DNA of 63,260 bases, the filler included, from Salisapilia sapeloensis CBS 127946 (lineage: Eukaryota > Protista > Oomycota), in NCBI GenBank assembly GCA_023334545.1. It is 7 parts of 7 records of this genome, joined end to end, with 100 filler letters (N's around TTAATTAATTAA, not from the genome) between each part and the next. Parts side by side here need not be neighbours in the genome. Positions count along the whole stretch, not along the records: positions 46,509 to 61,937 come from JAADVB010000371.1; positions 62,038 to 63,260 come from JAADVB010001241.1; 5 more parts are not named here. The stretch is one strand, 5' to 3'. Numbering within the stretch: position 1 is the first letter of the stretch; each line of letters opens with the position of its first letter. Positions 58,245-63,260 of this stretch are shown here, one piece after another. The translations under genes and the position numbers were made by a program. Under the pieces are notes generated by a model that worked only from the letters and a program-made list of their open reading frames with translations, did no database searches and was not told the DNA's origin.

Positions 58245-60863
58245 ATGGGAAGACGATCGATGGAAGCGACGCCACTGCTCTCGTCAGACATAGCCTCGTC
58301 TTCTAATCAAAGAAGTACATACACATCTCCCCACATCGGACAATCTGCTGATAAATTGAATGATCAATATGATGTCGATAAACCAGAAGCGCTGCCCAAA
58401 TGGTTCGTCGCACTCGCTGCCACTAGCGTCACGATAACCGTCCTATGGCTTCTCTTACTTATTATCCTGCAGCACTTGCCAACCTTTCATTCTTCCGACT
58501 ATCTCTCATCTAAAGCAGCTATGAACTTGTACTTGTACGCTGGCGTCTTTAATAGTATGCTAGGAAGTTTCTTATCTGCCAGTGGGTATTGTTGTCAAAA
58601 GTGGGCTCACTTGCGCGTAGCCACGTACCCAGAGCTTGGTGCTGCATCCCAACAGTGGGTTTTTATTAGTGGCTTGCTGCTTCTTGCGATCGGGACGATC
58701 TCCGCTGTCATTAATCTTGGCATCCTCGGCCAAGCCGTCCAAGCGCCTTTTGCAGCTCTTACACTCATTTACAGTGCTCTCCTCGGTCATTTCGTTCTGA
58801 AGGAACCATTTCTACTGTATGACGCGTTATCCAGCACATTGATCGTACTTGGCGTTGGGATTGACGTATTCGCGGCCCAAATGTCCACACCTCCTCCTCG
58901 GTCGTACACGCTTGAAACACTTGGCCAAATCTTCTTCCGCTCTTCACCATTTCCTATCGGTTACACTTTCCTATCACTGTCGTATATTTGTCTGATCTTG
59001 CGCCAAGTACATCAGCATAAGCTGTACCAGCGCGCCATTGGATTACTAGCCTTTAGCTCCTGCGCTGGTGTCATGGCAGGATACACTAGTCTTGCGACCA
59101 AATCTGCTGTTGAAGTCATCAAGTCATCTCTGCGTTACCATGAATGGGGATTTATCAGTCCATTCTTTATTATCATCGTATTGATGATTCCAGGAGCCTT
59201 AGTCCCACAGCTCTTCTTCCTGAACAAAGGTTTGGAACACTTTGGGACGCTTAAATTTATTCCTCTCTATCAAGCTTTCATCATCCTTGGCAACACTGTC
59301 TGTGGCATGATTTTTTATAATGAGCTGCAAACTTATACGACGCTGTCACTCGTTTGTTTTCTCTTGGGTGTTGTTGTCACACTCTGTGGTGTCATGTTTC
59401 TCTTAGCGAAAGCAGATAGCGAAGCGAAAATCATGAGAGAAGATCAGAACAGCCAAGAAGAGATAATCCATCGATTTGAGACGGACTTTACATTTGATTC
59501 CATGCGCTTTGCAGAACATAATGTGAAACCTCTGGAAGACTTTGATGCTTGTAAGCGTGAGATCATCCGTTTGTTACAGACAGCCAAGAAGAGTATCTAC
59601 TATTCCACTTTTCTATGTGATTTTACACAGATTCTATCGACCCCAAAGGAAGAACCATGCACATTTCTCTCCCTCCTTCATGAAGCCGTAGAGAGGGGTG
59701 TCCATGTGTCTATTTTGTACAATCCTCTGGTTGATTATGGCACTGCATCCGTTGCAGAACTCTCACAATCGCTCCCCAGAAATGTTCATCTGGTGTGCTC
59801 TGAAAGTGACTTAGGTCCAAGCTTCTTTACTCGTTGTCTTTCGAATAATAGTCGATATGCATTCCATCATCAAAAGTACTTGTGTATTGATGAAGAGGAG
59901 ATCTTGGTCACGGGATGTGATGTGAATTCCGAGCGAGAAGGATGGCTGCAGCGGAATGGTCTTAACTACTACTGGCATGAACTCGGTGTCGTTGTCCCTT
60001 GCACAAGCGAGATGGCGGCATGGATCCGAGGTAACCATACTTCCAAGCCGGTGCAAAAGCATTTCGAAGAGCATATTGAGTCTCCACCATTCCCATTCGT
60101 TTCAGGGGGATGGAGAGAAGAGAATGCAATGGTCAATATGATTTTGAATGCTAAGCACTCGATTCATCTAGAAAACCAGATACTCATCTCTGGCGGACAC
60201 TTGCAGCATAATCGAATTTGTGCTGCGATAGTAAGTCGTATATGCAGAGCACATCGCCATAAACAGTCATTTGCAGCCATACTCCTTACGAATGCTGCAC
60301 AACAGGATGAGCCTTCGTTAGTCACTCGCATGTACTGTGAAATATCGACGCAATGGTCGTTAGATGAAATGATCAGTCGAGCTAATGAAGAAGGATTGGA
60401 TGTCGAAACGTTAGCAAAGTATCTCGTAGTCGGTCGGATGGAGTATGACAACGTATTGATTAAAGTCCATTCGAATATCCTGATTGTCGATGGAGAGTAT
60501 GCTCTACGGTCGTCGTCTAACTTGGCTGATCGGAGTTTAAGTGCACGACCAACCGATACGGAGCTTGGCGTCATGTTTCAAGGAGAGACTGTGAAAAACT
60601 TCCAGAGAAAGCTCTTCCAGCGATACTTTGCTACCGAGGACAAGCTGGACGTAAGTGATGTCCTATGTAAAGTACAAGCAAATCAAGGTGGGTGCTTGAT
60701 ACCACTGACGAAGAAGAAGTGGAATGCTGTGATGACATGGTTCCTCATGAACGTTTTCATCTTCGGTAGTGAAGGAGCGACTGGAGGTAGGTACAAAGTG
60801 ACGTACAAGACAAAAGTCGTTAAGACTGGTGAAGACTTTACTACATACGTTCGTGTATCGTAA
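58245..60863 (+). CDS. NIPA/DMT-type multi-TM domain fused to phospholipase D (TM-PLD type)
   Basis: NIPA-like GYCCQKWAH, LGQAVQAPFAAL, LNKGLEHF...FIPLYQ...GMIFYNE; then PLD with HKD1 HQKYLCID and variant HKD2 HSNILIVD...SSNL. Single 872-aa ORF. Confidence 0.85.
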   Translation: MGRRSMEATPLLSSDIASSSNQRSTYTSPHIGQSADKLNDQYDVDKPEALPKWFVALAATSVTITVLWLLLLIILQHLPTFHSSDYLSSKAAMNLYLYAGVFNSMLGSFLSASGYCCQKWAHLRVATYPELGAASQQWVFISGLLLLAIGTISAVINLGILGQAVQAPFAALTLIYSALLGHFVLKEPFLLYDALSSTLIVLGVGIDVFAAQMSTPPPRSYTLETLGQIFFRSSPFPIGYTFLSLSYICLILRQVHQHKLYQRAIGLLAFSSCAGVMAGYTSLATKSAVEVIKSSLRYHEWGFISPFFIIIVLMIPGALVPQLFFLNKGLEHFGTLKFIPLYQAFIILGNTVCGMIFYNELQTYTTLSLVCFLLGVVVTLCGVMFLLAKADSEAKIMREDQNSQEEIIHRFETDFTFDSMRFAEHNVKPLEDFDACKREIIRLLQTAKKSIYYSTFLCDFTQILSTPKEEPCTFLSLLHEAVERGVHVSILYNPLVDYGTASVAELSQSLPRNVHLVCSESDLGPSFFTRCLSNNSRYAFHHQKYLCIDEEEILVTGCDVNSEREGWLQRNGLNYYWHELGVVVPCTSEMAAWIRGNHTSKPVQKHFEEHIESPPFPFVSGGWREENAMVNMILNAKHSIHLENQILISGGHLQHNRICAAIVSRICRAHRHKQSFAAILLTNAAQQDEPSLVTRMYCEISTQWSLDEMISRANEEGLDVETLAKYLVVGRMEYDNVLIKVHSNILIVDGEYALRSSSNLADRSLSARPTDTELGVMFQGETVKNFQRKLFQRYFATEDKLDVSDVLCKVQANQGGCLIPLTKKKWNAVMTWFLMNVFIFGSEGATGGRYKVTYKTKVVKTGEDFTTYVRVS

Positions 60864-60911
60864 GGAGAAAGAAACGAAGAGCAAGTAATTCTCTCAAAGC
60901 AACTTTTTGTG

Positions 60912-61937
60912 TTAGTATCCCATCTCTTTGACTAAAGTCTTGTAGCTATCATCCGCTACGTTTCCATCGGACGTACTCGACGTCTCTTTCACACTACTAT
61001 GCAAATGCCCATAAGAAATAATACCAATAAACAGATCGTATCATCACGTACGCTTTTTGCTTTGGACGTTCCAATCCGAGCAAATCCAATAGCTGGTTCC
61101 TTGCTTCCCTCGCTTGTCCAATCTACAAGAAAATAAACTGAACACGTATACATTGTTGGTCGGAAAAGAAAGCCATACTGGTGCATCCCAAGCAGTCTCA
61201 CTTAGTAGCTCCAGCACTTGCTCATACTACAATACATCGTCAGTACTGCTATAGATGAGAATTGGTAAAGCTGCGCGTAGTACCTTGCTTTCATCCACCA
61301 GCTCGTCTTCTACGACAAGTCTGGTGTACAGCATTTCCGCCGTCATCTTTCGAATGCGAGGGAAACGATGCCCAAGGAACAGACTCAGAGCTTTCAATGC
61401 CTTCGCTTCTGTTGAGTCACAACTTGGTAGCAACGCCACGAGCATTTGAATACCTGCCGAGAGTTTGGTGACAGATGCGGATTTTTGCAGTTCACCTTTT
61501 AAAGCATCATAGATCTTGTTGCCAAACATCTCACCGACATCCACTTGCTCCTCCCCCTCCTTCACTTTAGTGCCATACAAGAAATCAACTAAATCGTTAT
61601 CAAACAACTTTGCAATCGTCTTCATGAGTGGTATCACGACTCGATCATCTCCTTGGTGCGTCGAGAAGAGTGAGATGAGGAAAAAGAAGAACCGAGTGAG
61701 CAAACCCATGTTCTTATTCTTCCTGTGTCCTCTGATCCAGCCGAATAACGCAGCTTCTGACGCAGATACGACACTCTCAGTCAGTCCACCAACACTTAGG
61801 ACAAGCCCAGAGGCGATGCTTTCCATGTACTCTGGTATATCCATCGTTCGAACGACTAGTGGGAAGGTATGTTTTGCCATGGACCAATTAACTTGGAGAG
61901 TAGGCGGATAGATTTGCTTCTCCAGCTGCATACGATC
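60912..61937 (-). CDS. TBCD: tubulin-folding cofactor D, 3' part (truncated by gap)
   Basis: Exons <61937-61284, 61226-61179, 61122-61052, 60993-60912 (57-, 56- and 58-bp introns). GLVLSVGGLTES, DDRVVIP, LGHRFPRIRKMTAEMLY, LSETAWD, terminal SYKTLVKEMGY*. Confidence 0.9.
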
Positions 61938-62037
61938 NNNNNNNNNNNNNNNNNNNNNNNNNNNNNNNNNNNNNNNNNNNNTTAATTAATTAANNNNNNN
62001 NNNNNNNNNNNNNNNNNNNNNNNNNNNNNNNNNNNNN
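61938..62037. other. assembly gap with linker
   Basis: N run plus TTAATTAATTAA. Confidence 0.98.
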
Positions 62038-62163
62038 GCTCCATCGAAGTAGAAAGTTCACCACCCATTAACCACCAAACCTACGAGAGACTAGTACGAT
62101 TCTCATGCATTGTTCTCCGCTAAAGCTTGAACAGTCACACGCCCTCACTTCGATCGCTCTATG

Positions 62164-62171
62164 GCTCATTT
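62164..62171 (+). promoter_or_regulatory. INR element
   Basis: GCTCATTT about 45-50 nt upstream of ATG 62215; no clear FPR. Confidence 0.45.
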
Positions 62172-62214
62172 CTGAACTAACCAAGAAGCACACAAACAAC
62201 TTTGACTACTGACG

Positions 62215-62946
62215 ATGATCGGACTGGAAATTCTGATCGCTGCTGCGGTCCTCACGGCTATCCCTCTGTACAAGGATGAATTCACGGTCAAGCCCAAGCT
62301 TGAATCGAAAGCGATGCCGGTGAAAGCGATCGAGCTGACAATGATCCACGTCTCCCAGAACAAGGTGAAAGTTCCCGAGGAAGAAGGCAATGCGGACGAA
62401 CTCGACGAAGAGCTCCGAGAGGGATCCCTGACGGACGACGTGGAAGATGACCTGGGGGATGAAGAGGAAGATGGATTGGAAGACGGTCTGAAAGAGGAAG
62501 AGAAAGACGGCGTGGAAGATGGAGAGAAAGACGGCCTGGAAGATGGAGAGCAAGACGGCCTGGAAGATGAAGAGGAAGAGGAAGCCCGCCTGGAAAAAAG
62601 CGAAGAAGATGACAAGGCCAAGCGCCAGGACGAGATCGTCTTGCCGTGTGGCGGCCTCCCGAGAGTGAAGTCGTATCTGCCAAGATGTGCCTGCGAGAAG
62701 CGGAATAACTGCCCGTATCTGACGGTGTACCCTTACCTCTACCACTACGCCATCAACGACGGTATGGTGGACGATGAGCGTCGCCTCCGTGTCGTGCTCT
62801 GCGCCCTGGTCAACTTCGACGGAACCATTAGCAGCACGGACACTCACGTCGCCGAGGCAGCCATCCGAGGCTCCGACTGTGACTCTGACGACGCTGGCTT
62901 TCAACATGCCCTCCTTGAATTGGGCTACGTGGAGGAAAGCGACTAG
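62215..62946 (+). CDS. hypothetical protein: hydrophobic N-terminus, acidic EDG repeats, Cys-containing C-terminal domain
   Basis: 243-aa ORF with coding-like GC3 bias and an upstream INR; no family recognised. Confidence 0.7.
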   Translation: MIGLEILIAAAVLTAIPLYKDEFTVKPKLESKAMPVKAIELTMIHVSQNKVKVPEEEGNADELDEELREGSLTDDVEDDLGDEEEDGLEDGLKEEEKDGVEDGEKDGLEDGEQDGLEDEEEEEARLEKSEEDDKAKRQDEIVLPCGGLPRVKSYLPRCACEKRNNCPYLTVYPYLYHYAINDGMVDDERRLRVVLCALVNFDGTISSTDTHVAEAAIRGSDCDSDDAGFQHALLELGYVEESD

Positions 62947-63039
62947 CATGGACGCGTCTGTGATGGGCAAGGTATGCTTATATTATGTGTTATCTAAGAA
63001 ATATCCAACTACAGATCGATCTTTCAACAAACGGGAAGC

Positions 63040-63177
63040 ACCGCTAAACTCCTTCAGTGGAGGCAGTGGCTCACTCCCGGACGACGCTTCTATCGCTACG
63101 CCCCTTCAGTGGAGAAAGCAGTACGAGCTCGTTACCGAATGATTCGACCGCTAACCTCCTTCAGTGGAGGCAGTGGC
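63040..63177. repeat. three spaced direct repeats of about 31 bp
   Basis: accgctaa(a/c)ctccttcagtggaggcagtggc at 63040 and 63147 (1 mismatch), a diverged copy at 63092, and unique 21- and 24-nt spacers. Confidence 0.75.
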
Positions 63178-63260
63178 CGGATAAATATCGATCTGTGGAA
63201 GGAGACCTCTTATGGTAACCTAATATAAGTATAGGTAACCATCAATAGACTTATACTTTA

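Noticed and set aside
62206-62970. 254-aa minus-strand ORF
   Set aside because: Antisense of the acidic repeat gene; the INR and codon pattern favour the plus strand.
63040-63177. CRISPR array call
   Set aside because: Eukaryotic context, no cas genes, only three units with a diverged middle repeat and short spacers; kept only as a repeat.

Overview
This is eukaryotic DNA, most consistent with a flagellated oomycete or stramenopile: 53-90 bp GT-AG introns, oomycete INR/FPR core promoters, and oomycete-type S8, GH17 and PLD families. It is a scaffold of 7 contigs joined by six 100-nt N gaps carrying a TTAATTAATTAA linker. Two gene-dense blocks of conserved genes flank the window. The 0.2-9.8 kb block holds CFAP251, a C2-DysF protein, a PH-WW protein, a TM-ZnF-HECT ligase and a TM/coiled-coil protein. 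The 47.5-62 kb block holds RPS15A, an SK K+ channel, DNAAF3, a PH-FYVE-PPEF phosphatase, SF-assemblin, a NIPA-PLD fusion and TBCD. Between them lies a gene-sparse, repeat-rich zone with a dead Copia, two dead L1-type LINEs, a foldback element, a secreted subtilisin and GH17, a His-bZIP-like factor, and three paralogs whose pattern suggests an XRCC4/SAS-6/CCDC61-type head plus coiled coil. The 11.7-kb contig holding those paralogs is bounded by an identical 141-bp inverted repeat that encodes an SDR N-terminus. All family assignments come from motifs read by eye; no database search was run.
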